In this document: one piece after another, positions 25,888-43,032 of the stretch
Numbering within the stretch: the stretch's first letter is position 1
Layout: each line of letters begins with the position of its first letter
Source of the DNA: Patescibacteria group bacterium
GTDB lineage: Bacteria > Patescibacteriota > Minisyncoccia > Phycocordibacterales > Phycocordibacteraceae
Assembly: GCA_040384705.1 (NCBI GenBank)
Contig: JAZKIU010000001.1
Coordinates: forward strand, 542,053-606,052
Length of the DNA stretch: 64,000 bases
Reading direction: 5' to 3'
Program-made: the position numbers and the translations under genes
The notes under the pieces: generated by a model
Database searches by the model: none
Seen by the model: only the letters and a program-made list of their open reading frames with translations
What the model was told of the DNA's origin: nothing

Positions 25888-28605
25888 TTGATTGAAATAC
25901 TTATCAACACCTCTTTCAGTAAAGGGTATCATAACTATGATACCCTTTACTTTATGGAGGTCGTCGCTAAGCAATCATTCAAGGCAATTTATTTCCCTGA
26001 CATTAGGGAGCGGGATACGAAGTCCAAATCATTTACACTTGCCTTCCCGGAAAATGAGAAGAAGGTATACGAGACAATAAGGCACTTCTCAAGCCATGAG
26101 ATGAGGAAAGTTCTAGGAGTAAAGACTTTTTCTGATCTTGAAACGTATGCCACTAAGGCCGACTTGCCGGTAAATAAATTCTGTATTAATAAGCTTAAGT
26201 ATCAACTAGCAAGAGGCGTTAGCGCCGGCCAATTCCCTATTGACCCTGCCCATGTCACCTTCCAGGGCGCTAAGGATATGCCTCTGCAAAATTGGTATCC
26301 ATATCTTGAAGGTTACTCGCCGGACTTTGTTAAGCATATTATCGACACTCACGTTCATAAGTCTGCAAAGGTTATTTACGACCCCTTCTCGGGCACTGGA
26401 ACTACACCGATAGTTGCGTCTGCGCTCGGGTTCACGGCTCTGTATTCAGAAGTTAATCCTTTGCTTCAGTTCTTAACTAAAGTTAAGACAAAGGCGCGAA
26501 ATGCTCCGAACAGAAAGAAGCTTTTACGCCAACTTGAGGCAATTCTCCCTGATCTCAGAATAGAAATTCTTAAACATGACGAGGATCAGGAATTGAGGAA
26601 GACTTATGCAGACACCTTCGGAGAGAGTAAGTTCTTCTCTGAGAAGGTCTTTAGCCATGTTCTTAAGACAAGAACATACCTGAGTACTCTCTATTTTGAG
26701 GACATACTTCTATCCGAACTAGTAACAGTAGCGGTACTTTCCAGCCTAGTTGAGAACTCTTTTCTCAAGCGCCAGGGTGATCTTAGATTTAGACGCGGAA
26801 AGGAGCTCGATGACTTGAAGACGATTGACTTCTTTGAGAGCCTGACGACCCGACTGCAGCAAATGCTTAAGGACTTGGAGCAGATTAGCTCTAGCGATGC
26901 GCCTACATTAATAACTGAGGATGCCCGAAGTGTAGGTAAGCTTCCCTTTCTAGGAATAGACGCTGTCATCACGAGTCCACCCTATCTGAACGGAACAAAC
27001 TATTTCCGCAATACTAAGGTCGAACTCTGGTTCCTTGGGTACTTAAAGACGCAAGCAGATCTAACCAACTTCAGGAGATTGGCCGTTACGGCAGGTATTA
27101 ATGATGTATCTCTCAAAGCCGAGAAATCTGTACATAACCGGGAACTAAATACGCTACTTGAGACCTTGGAGAAGAAGGCCTATGACAAGCGGATACCAAA
27201 GATGGTCTATGACTACTTCGCGGATATGGAAACAATTTTTGGCGATTTGAGAGGACAGCTTAATAAGGATGCTGTACTTGCTATCGATCTTGGTGACTCT
27301 ATCTATGGGGGTGTTCATGTAAAAACGCATAACATACTGGTATCTGTATTGGAGAATATTGGCTACGTTTTTGAAAAGGAGATTGTTCTGAGAAAGCGAC
27401 AATCAAATAACGGTCAGGAGTTAAAGCAAGTCCTGCTTATATTTAGAAACCCAGATCGAATCCAGAAAGAAAAGATAAAGCCTGAATGGCAAAAAGACTG
27501 GAAGAATTTCAAGAAGAATATACCCCACCACCAAGGGGAAATGTCTAAGCGAAACTGGGGAGACCCAATCCATTCACTCTGTTCCTATCAAGGGAAGCTC
27601 AAGCCATCAATTGCTAGCCAACTAGTCTCAATATTTGTTCCTGAGAATGGGAAGATGCTCGATATTTTTGGAGGTGTTGGCACAATTCCGCTTGAGGCCT
27701 CGCTGCAAAACAAAAAATCATACTCCTTCGATATAAGCCCTACCGCCATAGCGATATCGAGAGCAAAGCTCAACCTTCCATCGGTAAAGAAGATATGGCA
27801 GATCGTTGCGGATTTGGATTCTTGGATTCAGAGTAAGAAGTTGTCACAGGACGAGATTCTCACGACAGCCAAGTTCGGAATGAATAAGACCATGAAGGAC
27901 TACTTTCATCCAAAGACGCTCGAGGAAATTACACTTGCAAGAAAGTATTTTGCTAAGGAGGGATACGCTACAACCGAGCATGCACTTGTAATGTCTGCTC
28001 TTATGCACATTCTGCATGGGAATCGACCTTATGCACTAAGCCGCCGTTCGCATGGGATAACTCCTTTCGCCCCTACTGGCGAATTTGAGTATAAGAGCCT
28101 GATAGAAAAGCTGACCGAGAAAGTTGATCGTACCTTGACCCATCTTCAGAGGGACACCTTTAGTCCGGGAGAAGTTTGTTTCCAAGATGCTACGAAGACA
28201 TGGCCAGCAGAAGTGCGCGATCTGGATGCGATCATTACCAGCCCTCCCTTCTTTGATAGCACCCGGTTCTATGCAGCAAACTGGATGCGTCTTTGGTTTG
28301 CTGGTTGGGATGCAGCGCACTTCAAGACTCAGCCAGTGAACTTCGTTGATGAGTTACAAAAAAAAGATTTATCCATCTACGACGGTATCTTTATGCAAGC
28401 ACGGGAACGCCTCAAGAAGGATGGGGTATTTGTACTACATCTCGGCAAAAGCCATAAGTGCGACATGGCAGATGCGCTATCAGGAAGAGCTGCTCGATGG
28501 TTCGAGGTATGCGATATCTTTGAGGAGAGTGTAGAAGATGGAGAGTCTCACGGTATCAAGGACCGCGGCTCGGTTACTAAGCACCAATACCTCGTACTAC
28601 GTTAG
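25888..28605 (+). CDS. Tandem double DNA methyltransferase (two SAM-MTase modules, each motif I DPFSGTGTT / DIFGGVGTI followed by SPPY / SPPF; N4-cytosine-type signature)
   Basis: Motif I at about aa 165 and about 585; motif IV ITSPPYLNG at about 355 and ITSPPFFDS at about 782. AT-rich codon usage unlike the flanks. Annotated start is TTG 25888, alternative ATG 25954. Confidence 0.85.
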   Translation: MIEILINTSFSKGYHNYDTLYFMEVVAKQSFKAIYFPDIRERDTKSKSFTLAFPENEKKVYETIRHFSSHEMRKVLGVKTFSDLETYATKADLPVNKFCINKLKYQLARGVSAGQFPIDPAHVTFQGAKDMPLQNWYPYLEGYSPDFVKHIIDTHVHKSAKVIYDPFSGTGTTPIVASALGFTALYSEVNPLLQFLTKVKTKARNAPNRKKLLRQLEAILPDLRIEILKHDEDQELRKTYADTFGESKFFSEKVFSHVLKTRTYLSTLYFEDILLSELVTVAVLSSLVENSFLKRQGDLRFRRGKELDDLKTIDFFESLTTRLQQMLKDLEQISSSDAPTLITEDARSVGKLPFLGIDAVITSPPYLNGTNYFRNTKVELWFLGYLKTQADLTNFRRLAVTAGINDVSLKAEKSVHNRELNTLLETLEKKAYDKRIPKMVYDYFADMETIFGDLRGQLNKDAVLAIDLGDSIYGGVHVKTHNILVSVLENIGYVFEKEIVLRKRQSNNGQELKQVLLIFRNPDRIQKEKIKPEWQKDWKNFKKNIPHHQGEMSKRNWGDPIHSLCSYQGKLKPSIASQLVSIFVPENGKMLDIFGGVGTIPLEASLQNKKSYSFDISPTAIAISRAKLNLPSVKKIWQIVADLDSWIQSKKLSQDEILTTAKFGMNKTMKDYFHPKTLEEITLARKYFAKEGYATTEHALVMSALMHILHGNRPYALSRRSHGITPFAPTGEFEYKSLIEKLTEKVDRTLTHLQRDTFSPGEVCFQDATKTWPAEVRDLDAIITSPPFFDSTRFYAANWMRLWFAGWDAAHFKTQPVNFVDELQKKDLSIYDGIFMQARERLKKDGVFVLHLGKSHKCDMADALSGRAARWFEVCDIFEESVEDGESHGIKDRGSVTKHQYLVLR

Positions 28606-29606
28606 ATATAGGCAAGTATCTTTCTATTTCCGGCTGACAGCTGGGATACGAGGTCGTAGTCTTCGAGAAGCTTCTTGAGCTCGTCGATGCGCTTAGCGAG
28701 ATCAGTACCGCCACGAACGGTGAGGAACCGTGTGACACAGGCATCAACGTCGATGTTTGCGTTTACAATAGGCATCTTACTTGCCATTAAGCCTAGGTCA
28801 GCACCTGTGATTCTAGCAAGCGCTATGAGTTCGTCGTTTGTATAGAAATCGCTCGGCCATCGATCGCTCTTATTACTATTCGCATCAGTTGAGAGCAGTG
28901 CAGCGTTCTCGTCCGTAAGTGGGTAGAGCCAACGGGACGGAAGAATATGATCAACTGCCCAGGATCTTCGATCCGCTAAGTCTAGAGACTTACCAGTCTT
29001 GAAGCACTTCCCTTCAAAACGTTCGAAAAGGGCCTTCAAATCGGGCTGCCTGTTCTCGCCTTGAAGGAGAAGTTCGGCGGTGCGCCGACGTATCGAAGAC
29101 TCATAGAGCTGCTCCTTGGTTCGCTTCGGATTAAGATCGGCATTGATAACGGCCTTACAGGCTCGGCACTCCATCTGTTTCTCCAATGGACCCCAACCAA
29201 CATGTTTACTGAAATCCCTGGCAGGCAGAATTCGGCCACAGGTCCCACACTGTTTCCAGTATGCTTCTCGCGTTTCAGTTGCTGTCCTGAAGAAAGCCAT
29301 CCAGAAACGTTGAGTTGGAAGATTGCCAGCAGCAGTTTGCTCAAGCTTCCAAGTAGTAAAGGGTAGGCCCTTCCCTTCCAAGTCCGTAAGCGGGAGAGAT
29401 GATCCTTTGGCATGCTCAAAACCGCACTTATTGCATACCCATGACTCTAATTCGTATGCTTCTGTTGGCCTAAGAAGCTGAGTGCCAAGGGGCACGGTAT
29501 TAGACGTTTGACAGCGCACACATACGAAATGTGCGAAGGCAGCGTGAATTGATACGCCCGAAACTCTGGCAATATTTGTCTTATTAGTTGTAGTTCGCCT
29601 AGCCAT
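28602..29606 (-). CDS. HNH-family endonuclease with two N-terminal zinc ribbons (candidate restriction endonuclease)
   Basis: CVRC..CNKCGFEH and CGTCGR..CRACK Cys4 ribbons. C-terminal AVDHILPSRW...NAALLSTDANSNK HNH (His-Asn-Asn/Lys) motif. Convergent with and overlapping the MTase by 4 bp. Confidence 0.75.
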   Translation of the reverse strand: MARRTTTNKTNIARVSGVSIHAAFAHFVCVRCQTSNTVPLGTQLLRPTEAYELESWVCNKCGFEHAKGSSLPLTDLEGKGLPFTTWKLEQTAAGNLPTQRFWMAFFRTATETREAYWKQCGTCGRILPARDFSKHVGWGPLEKQMECRACKAVINADLNPKRTKEQLYESSIRRRTAELLLQGENRQPDLKALFERFEGKCFKTGKSLDLADRRSWAVDHILPSRWLYPLTDENAALLSTDANSNKSDRWPSDFYTNDELIALARITGADLGLMASKMPIVNANIDVDACVTRFLTVRGGTDLAKRIDELKKLLEDYDLVSQLSAGNRKILAYI

Positions 29607-29677
29607 CTGAAAGTTGACGTTCGAAGATTACGATGCCAGAAGACAACCGTCAATTGACACCCTCTTAAGCCTTACTA

Positions 29678-31012
29678 CTAGTAGGACTTAAGTCTCCGAC
29701 TCTTCTCATGCGTCCGGATCTTCTCAAGCGCCTTCGCCTCAATCTGACGGATACGCTCACGAGTCACCCCAAACTCCTTCCCCACCTCTTCAAGCGTGTG
29801 ATACACACCATCAAGCAGCCCATGGCGCATCTCAAGGATCTTGCGCTCCTTCGGGCTTAGGTCCTCAAGGATGTCACGAACCTGTTCACCGAGAATACGC
29901 TCGGAGGATTCCTGTACGGGTGATGGAATCTTATCGTCAGCGATGAAGTCGCCGAGCGTAGAGTTCTGGTCGTCGTCGGAACCGATAGGGTTCTCGAGCG
30001 AGAGGGTGTCCTGGTTTATCTTCTCTATTTGGTAGATCTTCTCCACCTCGACGCCCATCTCTATCGCTATTTCCTCGGGCTGTGGGTCACGGCCAAGCGC
30101 CTGCGCGAGGCGGCGCGATACCTGCTTGTACTTCGCGATCGTCTCCACCATGTGGACCGGGATGCGGATAGTGCGGGACTGGTCGGCAAGCGCACGGGTG
30201 ATGGCCTGACGGATCCACCAGGTCGCATACGTCGAGAACTTGAAACCCTTATGGAAGTCGAACTTATCCACGGCCTTGAAGAGACCGAGGTTACCCTCCT
30301 GGATGAGGTCGAGAAGCGTGAGGTCCGGCGAGCGGCCTACGTACTTCTTCGCGATAGAGACCACGAGGCGGAGGTTCGAACGCGCAAGGATGTTGCGTGC
30401 CTCGTCCTCGCCGTCCTCGATGCGCTTGGCGAGCTCACGCTCTTCGGACGCGGTGAGGAGCGGGTACTGCCCTATCTCACGGAGGTATATCTGGATGGAG
30501 TCGTAGCTCGATGACTCGCGGCCCTTGATGTTACGGGTCGCAAGGTACTGGTCGGTCGTGTCCTCGAGCATGCCGCCTTCGAGGATATCGATGCCGTGGG
30601 CGGTGAACCGCTCATAGAGCTCGTCGAGGAACATGATGTCGTCCTCGATGTGCGGGAACTCCTTGAGGATCTCGGAGTACGTGATGTATCCGCGCTCCTT
30701 GCCCTTCACGATGAGGCGCTCTGCCTTGTCGCCCTTCTCCGCTGCTGCCTTCGCTTTGACGCCAGTGACGGCCGCGCGGACGACGCCCATAGCGCGGACG
30801 TTCTTCGCCGCCTTCTTCGCAGGGGTTCTCTTGGCAGCCTTCTTGACCACCTTCTTAGGCGTTTTCTTTACTGCCTTCTTCACGGCCTTTTTGGTGGGTT
30901 TCTTTGTGGTTGCCATTTTTTTGGATGCGGACTTGGAGGGCGTCTTCTTCGCGCTCTTCTTCACAGCTTTCGTTGCCGCCTTCTTCTTGGCGGGTTTCTT
31001 AGATGAAGCCAT
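29678..31012 (-). CDS. rpoD: RNA polymerase sigma-70 factor RpoD with histone H1-like Lys/Ala-rich N-terminal tail
   Basis: Regions 1.2-4 conserved ([39 protein letters not shown]; [21 protein letters not shown]). First about 85 aa are KKxAKK repeats. Confidence 0.9.
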   Translation of the reverse strand: MASSKKPAKKKAATKAVKKSAKKTPSKSASKKMATTKKPTKKAVKKAVKKTPKKVVKKAAKRTPAKKAAKNVRAMGVVRAAVTGVKAKAAAEKGDKAERLIVKGKERGYITYSEILKEFPHIEDDIMFLDELYERFTAHGIDILEGGMLEDTTDQYLATRNIKGRESSSYDSIQIYLREIGQYPLLTASEERELAKRIEDGEDEARNILARSNLRLVVSIAKKYVGRSPDLTLLDLIQEGNLGLFKAVDKFDFHKGFKFSTYATWWIRQAITRALADQSRTIRIPVHMVETIAKYKQVSRRLAQALGRDPQPEEIAIEMGVEVEKIYQIEKINQDTLSLENPIGSDDDQNSTLGDFIADDKIPSPVQESSERILGEQVRDILEDLSPKERKILEMRHGLLDGVYHTLEEVGKEFGVTRERIRQIEAKALEKIRTHEKSRRLKSY

Positions 31013-31039
31013 AGGCGTTGTGAATACTCGGTTAAAGTT

Positions 31040-32731
31040 TTACGAAAATGATGAGAGCCGCGCTGCAAGGTCTTTGCACTCGGTCGCTACTATCTGTATC
31101 GCTTCTAGGTCGTTCGCGCTTTCGGCGAGCCGGAGCCGCATGGTAGCGTCCGTCAATCGCTCGCTAAGTACCGCACGTTCTAAGGTGCGGGTGAGATCAT
31201 CTGCCGCGGTTTCTTCCGGTGCCTCGCCAAAGGCTATGCCCGATTCAAAGAGAATGCGTTCGGGAACAGGCTCATCCGGAATACCTGCGCCAATAATACG
31301 AGAATACTCATTTTTAAGCCGTTCCGCAAGGGCGGTATCAGGATAGCTCTCTATGATGGCCCGTATCTGGAGGATGGTGCGCTCCGACGCTTTAGCTCGT
31401 GCCTGAACCACTGCTGCAGGGGCGCCTGGAGCTCGGAGGGCGGCATTCTCCGGTTGAGCTATATCCACTCGCTTAAGACCGTTCCGGATGGCGTCCGGGC
31501 TGCTCCCGAGCATACGGGCGGCAACCCCAACAAAATGCTCCCGCTCCATAGGGCTCTGTATGGAAGCCAGAAGCGGCAGGACGGTGCGCTCGGCCTCGAG
31601 TATGAGGCGATGAGGGTCCTTCTCTGTGGAAGCCAAGGTCTCGAGGAAGAACTCGATGATTGGCTTGGCCTCGGATACTCGGCGCGTGAAGTCCTGGGGC
31701 GTGTCTTTCGCGAGGTCTGCCGGGTCCTTGCCGAGCGGCATCTTCACCGCCTTTATGCGCATGCCGCTTGCAAGCGCTAAGGTCGCGGTCTTGAGCGAAG
31801 CCGCAAGCCCTGCCCTATCGGCGTCGAGCGCGAGCATGAGGTTATCGGCGTACCGCTTCATGAGCGCGAGGTGTTCCTTGGAGAGTGCGGTACCGGAAAG
31901 CGCGACCGTATTCTGGAACCCTATCTGATGCAGCATGAGGAGATCCATCTGGCCTTCGACGAGGATGGTGAAGCCGCGGGTGCGTATCGCATCCTTCGCC
32001 TTATCCATCCCGAAGAGAATCTCATGCTTCTTATACAGCTCCGTCTCGGGACTGTTCAGGTACTTCGCCTGATCGTCAGCGGAAAGCGCACGACCCGTGA
32101 ACGCGACAGTCCTTCCTGCGGAGTCGCGTATTGGGAACATGAGGCGGTTACGGAAACGGTCGTACCACGTTCCCTTCTTCCCGTCCGCCTCCTTGATGAG
32201 CCCAGCAGCAAGGAGCTCGTTCTGCGTAAAGCCGTCTGCGGTGAGCTTCTCGAGCACGACGCGCCAGGAGTCGGGAGCGAGTCCCAAGTTCCATGTCTTG
32301 ATGGATTCGGGAGTGAGCCCGCGCGAGAGCGCGTATTCGTATGCAGCACCTTTCGGGATGAGCTGCTCGGCGTAGAAGGCTTCAGCGCGACCGAGCGCTT
32401 CGCGCAGCCTGTCGAGCTTCCCTTTGTCGGCTCCGGTCCCGCGCTCATACACAAGCTCGACGCCCGCCTTCTCGGCAAGGAGCTTGAGCGCTCCCTTGAA
32501 GTCCACTCCCTCCATCTTCTCTACGAAGGTGAACATGTCGCCGCCTTGGGACGAGGAGAAACAGTAGTAGCTTCCCCGCTCGATATTCACGAAGAAGGAT
32601 GGGGTCTTCTCCTTGTTGAATGGAGAGAGACCGCGGTGATACCGCCCCGATTTGGTGAGCTTCACGTACTGCCCCACCACATCCACGATGGTGAGTTTCG
32701 CCTTTATCTGCTCTACGGTGTCTGCAGCCAT
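31040..32731 (-). CDS. dnaG: DNA primase DnaG
   Basis: N-terminal CHC2 zinc finger (SPFNKEKTPSFFVN..YYCFSSSQGGDMFTF), TOPRIM (ILVEGQMDLL...ALDADRAG). Confidence 0.9.
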   Translation of the reverse strand: MAADTVEQIKAKLTIVDVVGQYVKLTKSGRYHRGLSPFNKEKTPSFFVNIERGSYYCFSSSQGGDMFTFVEKMEGVDFKGALKLLAEKAGVELVYERGTGADKGKLDRLREALGRAEAFYAEQLIPKGAAYEYALSRGLTPESIKTWNLGLAPDSWRVVLEKLTADGFTQNELLAAGLIKEADGKKGTWYDRFRNRLMFPIRDSAGRTVAFTGRALSADDQAKYLNSPETELYKKHEILFGMDKAKDAIRTRGFTILVEGQMDLLMLHQIGFQNTVALSGTALSKEHLALMKRYADNLMLALDADRAGLAASLKTATLALASGMRIKAVKMPLGKDPADLAKDTPQDFTRRVSEAKPIIEFFLETLASTEKDPHRLILEAERTVLPLLASIQSPMEREHFVGVAARMLGSSPDAIRNGLKRVDIAQPENAALRAPGAPAAVVQARAKASERTILQIRAIIESYPDTALAERLKNEYSRIIGAGIPDEPVPERILFESGIAFGEAPEETAADDLTRTLERAVLSERLTDATMRLRLAESANDLEAIQIVATECKDLAARLSSFS

Positions 32732-32844
32732 TTCCCCTTAGTTTACTCTTTATCTCGGAAGTAGACCTCTGAGTTGACAAATCCACATATATATTCAAGA
32801 GTGTCATCAGAAAGATCTAGGCATCATCCTGAAGGGGATATCCA

Positions 32845-33255
32845 ATGCTGAAGTACGCACTATTTGCGACCGCCCTGACAACGCTCACGGCCTGCAGTGT
32901 GGCTACCGAACGAGATCTGAAACCCGTGAAGGAGGCGTGCGGGGAGCACGCCCAAGCGGCCGCGTTCTTCGCCCAAAAGGAGCTCGACGACAAACTGCCG
33001 GATGATCGCCCCTTTTCGAGGGGCGGGTACGCTTACGAAGACCTGTCCGAGCTCGAGATCCAGACCGTCGAGTATCGACTCGGCAGGGTCGCGAAATGGA
33101 ACAGAGAGGCGGGCGCCGACAAATGTGGCAAAGCTGCCTATGACTACGCTCTCGCTTCCGAACGCCGTGATGTCGCCTATGCTCGCAAGAAGCTCATCGA
33201 GAGCAAGACGGTCGAGGTGACCCTCAAACGCGTCCCCGAGCTTCCCTCGATCTAA
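32845..33255 (+). CDS. Putative lipoprotein (hypothetical)
   Basis: Signal peptide with lipobox LTTLTAC. Confidence 0.6.
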   Translation: MLKYALFATALTTLTACSVATERDLKPVKEACGEHAQAAAFFAQKELDDKLPDDRPFSRGGYAYEDLSELEIQTVEYRLGRVAKWNREAGADKCGKAAYDYALASERRDVAYARKKLIESKTVEVTLKRVPELPSI

Positions 33256-33366
33256 CGGGGCACCCAAACTCAACACTGAAGCCCGGCCTCGCGCTGGGCT
33301 TCCCTTTTATACATACGAACAAAGCCCACTCTTTCGAGCGGGCTTTGTTGCTTGTAAAAGCTGTGA

Positions 33367-40294
<6,928 letters not shown>

Positions 40295-40551
40295 GTCGCT
40301 GCGCGGTTAGTCGTCCCAGAAAACGGCAAACGGACCCGTATACACATACGAGCCGCGTCTCTCGTTTTCCGAGACGCTGTTTTGTAATAAAACCCTTGTT
40401 TTAGCCCAGCCCGACTCTCCTACCAGTCGTTACTCATTCGTATGAAGACTATACTCCCGGGCGGCCTGGGCCGCAAGGGTCCCTTGGGGAATATGGAAAT
40501 GGGCGACCCTCATTCTGAGAGTCGCCCAAGCGCGTAAACGCGGTGTTCTGA

Positions 40552-40869
40552 TTATTTCTCCTCCTTCGGGAGGCAGCCGAGCGAAACGCCCGTTGGTCTG
40601 GCGTACCGCTTGTCGAGCCAGTACGTCTCTCCGAAGGGATCCTTCTGGCCTCCGGTAGTGGACACCGATTTGGGCGGTCCCGAAAACCAGCGAGCGAGGA
40701 CATTGCCGATCGCCTTCACAGCAGAGCGGCGAGGCGTGCGAGTTCGCGGGAGATGCTTCACGTGGAGAGGTACCCATCCCGGCTCCTGAAACGCGATGGC
40801 CTTTTTGGCCACTACGATTCCAGCAACGAGGGCGACTAAGCCCCCCACGGACCATATAATCACTGACAT
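40552..40869 (-). CDS. Hypothetical membrane-anchored protein
   Basis: ATG 40869, N-terminal TM. Weak. Confidence 0.35.
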   Translation of the reverse strand: MSVIIWSVGGLVALVAGIVVAKKAIAFQEPGWVPLHVKHLPRTRTPRRSAVKAIGNVLARWFSGPPKSVSTTGGQKDPFGETYWLDKRYARPTGVSLGCLPKEEK

Positions 40870-41004
40870 GAGAAAGACCTGTGCAACCCCGACAACCCCT
40901 ATGGTCGGTATGTGTATTATGCAAATTTGCACACCAAAGTCAATTCAGCACTGTATATAAAATAGTTACAGGCGGCTTCCTCGAAAGGAAGTCGCCTGTA
41001 GGGG

Positions 41005-41346
41005 CTAGACGTGGACGTCGACGCGGGGCGTCGGAACCCGGTCCGCCGGCCGCTTGATGTTGGTCCGAGGTGCCGGAACCGCATCCAACCGGAGGAGGAG
41101 GGTCCAGGCGCACGAGGCCGCGATACCGACGAGCCCGAAGATCATGGTCAGGCCGAACTGCTCGAAATCGAAGTAGCGTTTCTCGCTGATGGAGCCAAGC
41201 TCCGTCGCGGCTCCAGCTCCGATGAACGCCACCAGGATGATCGGGATGAGGATGTAGCCGTCCTTGATGGAGCGGTATCCTCCGAGCGCCTTCGTGATGA
41301 AGAGCGCAGCCAAGGCCATAGCCACATAGAAGTAGATATCCGGCAT
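41005..41346 (-). CDS. Hypothetical small membrane protein (3 TM)
   Basis: ORF with hydrophobic helices. Confidence 0.5.
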   Translation of the reverse strand: MPDIYFYVAMALAALFITKALGGYRSIKDGYILIPIILVAFIGAGAATELGSISEKRYFDFEQFGLTMIFGLVGIAASCAWTLLLRLDAVPAPRTNIKRPADRVPTPRVDVHV

Positions 41347-41472
41347 TTCAGTTCCCCAACGGTGTGTCAGTGATGTAATGGACTGCTGAATGACACGAGT
41401 TCAGCGTCCGGACAGGCTGTATATACTATACACCTTCTTGCATAAAAAGTCAATACCTACAACGGTTGCGCC

Positions 41473-42132
41473 CTATTTCTTCGCTTTCTTGGCCCTATGC
41501 GCCTCTATCTTGGCGTGGTCCCCGGTGAGAAGCACCTTAGGCGCCTTGTACGCCTTCCCTTCCCACTCGATGACCTCGGGACGGGTATACGTGTCTGGCG
41601 ACGCTATGCGGCGCTCCTCCACCGACTCATCCTTGCCGAGCACGCCCGGGATACGGCGGGTGATGGCATCCACCATCGCCATAGCAGGGACTTCCCCGCC
41701 GGTGTACACCGCTTCGCCTACCGCGAACTTCTTCACGGGCGCGAGGGTCTTCAGTATCTTCTCCGCTCTCGCATCGATGCCTTCGTAGCGGCCGCAAACG
41801 AACGCCACCTCATCGAACTTGCTGAGCGCATCGGCATCCTTGTTCGTGAATTGCTTTGCGCTCGGTGAGAACCACACGATGACGCGCTTTCCATTCCGCT
41901 TCCCCAACGCCTTCTTCACTGCCTTCACTACCGGGAGAGCGGTCATAACCATGCCAGGGCCGCCACCGTACGGACGCTCGTCCACCTTGCCCCATTTGTT
42001 CGTTACAAAATCACGCGGCGACTGGTACGCCACGCTTATCTTCTTGTCCTTGCGAGCGCGCCCGAGAATAGATGCGCTCAGGTACGCCTCACAGGCTTCC
42101 GGGAACAGGGTTATGAGATGGAATTTCAGCAC
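41473..42132 (-). CDS. trmD: tRNA (guanine37-N1)-methyltransferase TrmD
   Basis: ITLFPE, YGGGPGMVM motifs. GTG start. Confidence 0.9.
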   Translation of the reverse strand: MLKFHLITLFPEACEAYLSASILGRARKDKKISVAYQSPRDFVTNKWGKVDERPYGGGPGMVMTALPVVKAVKKALGKRNGKRVIVWFSPSAKQFTNKDADALSKFDEVAFVCGRYEGIDARAEKILKTLAPVKKFAVGEAVYTGGEVPAMAMVDAITRRIPGVLGKDESVEERRIASPDTYTRPEVIEWEGKAYKAPKVLLTGDHAKIEAHRAKKAKK

Positions 42133-42135
42133 GGC

Positions 42136-42438
42136 TTAGCCGAGGTCTCCCACGACCTCATCGAGGGTGCGCCCTTCGTTCTCGCGCTTGCCACCTACCG
42201 GCTCGTTTATCTTCAGGTTCACGCGTGCGTTGTGCTTCATGCCGACAACGCGCAGGAGGGTACGGAGCGCCTTCGCGATGTTGCCGTCGCGACCGATTAT
42301 CTTGCCCATGTCGTCCGGAGAGACAGTGAGCGTCAGGAGGACACCCATCTCGTCCACGGTGCGGGTTATAGAGACCGCATCAGGATTATCTACCAGCGCC
42401 TTTATAACGTATTCGAGGAATGCGTGATCTTGTTCCAT
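42136..42438 (-). CDS. KH-domain RNA-binding protein (UPF0109/KhpA-like)
   Basis: GKIIGRDGNIAKALRTLL KH GxxG motif. Canonical position between rpsP and trmD. Confidence 0.8.
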   Translation of the reverse strand: MEQDHAFLEYVIKALVDNPDAVSITRTVDEMGVLLTLTVSPDDMGKIIGRDGNIAKALRTLLRVVGMKHNARVNLKINEPVGGKRENEGRTLDEVVGDLG

Positions 42439-42519
42439 ATCGTTTCAGAATTACGGGATAGCAGCAGTTTACGTAAACAATACCAAATGTAGATGAAGGA
42501 ACGGCGAACGCCGGGAAGG

Positions 42520-42987
42520 TTAGGCAGCTGCCTCCTCTTTCACCGGCTCCTCTGCAGGAACTTCCTCGGGCGCCTCAACCACTTCTGCGGGAGCAGCCTC
42601 TTCAGGAGCCGCAACTTCTGCTGGCGCCTCTTCAGCTACCGGAGCTGCAGCGGCTGCCGCAGCCTTAGCAGCAGCTTCCTCTTCGGCCGCCTTGTTCTTG
42701 GCAACGTTCTTCTCGAGGTTCTTCTTCGAGACAACGGCCTTCTTGCTGCCTTCGATGACGCCCTGCTTGATGAGGAGGTTCGAGAGGGTCGGGGAGAGCT
42801 GCGCGCCCTTGCCCATCCAATCCTTGATGCGGTCAGCATTGACCGTCATGGCCTTGGTCTTCGGGTTATAGGTACCGACGAGGTCGATATACTTGCCGGC
42901 CTTAGGGCCGCGCGCCTTCTCGAGGACTGCCATACGAAAAGCCGCGTCGTTCTTACGGCCTATTCGCTGGAAACGTATCATCAACAT
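42520..42987 (-). CDS. rpsP: 30S ribosomal protein S16 with Ala/Glu/Pro-rich C-terminal extension
   Basis: MLMIRFQRIGRKNDAAFRMAVLE. ATG 42987. Confidence 0.9.
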   Translation of the reverse strand: MLMIRFQRIGRKNDAAFRMAVLEKARGPKAGKYIDLVGTYNPKTKAMTVNADRIKDWMGKGAQLSPTLSNLLIKQGVIEGSKKAVVSKKNLEKNVAKNKAAEEEAAAKAAAAAAAPVAEEAPAEVAAPEEAAPAEVVEAPEEVPAEEPVKEEAAA

Positions 42988-43032
42988 AGTGGGTGGAACT
43001 GTAACAGAAACGGGTATTTGGGTCAAACGTAT

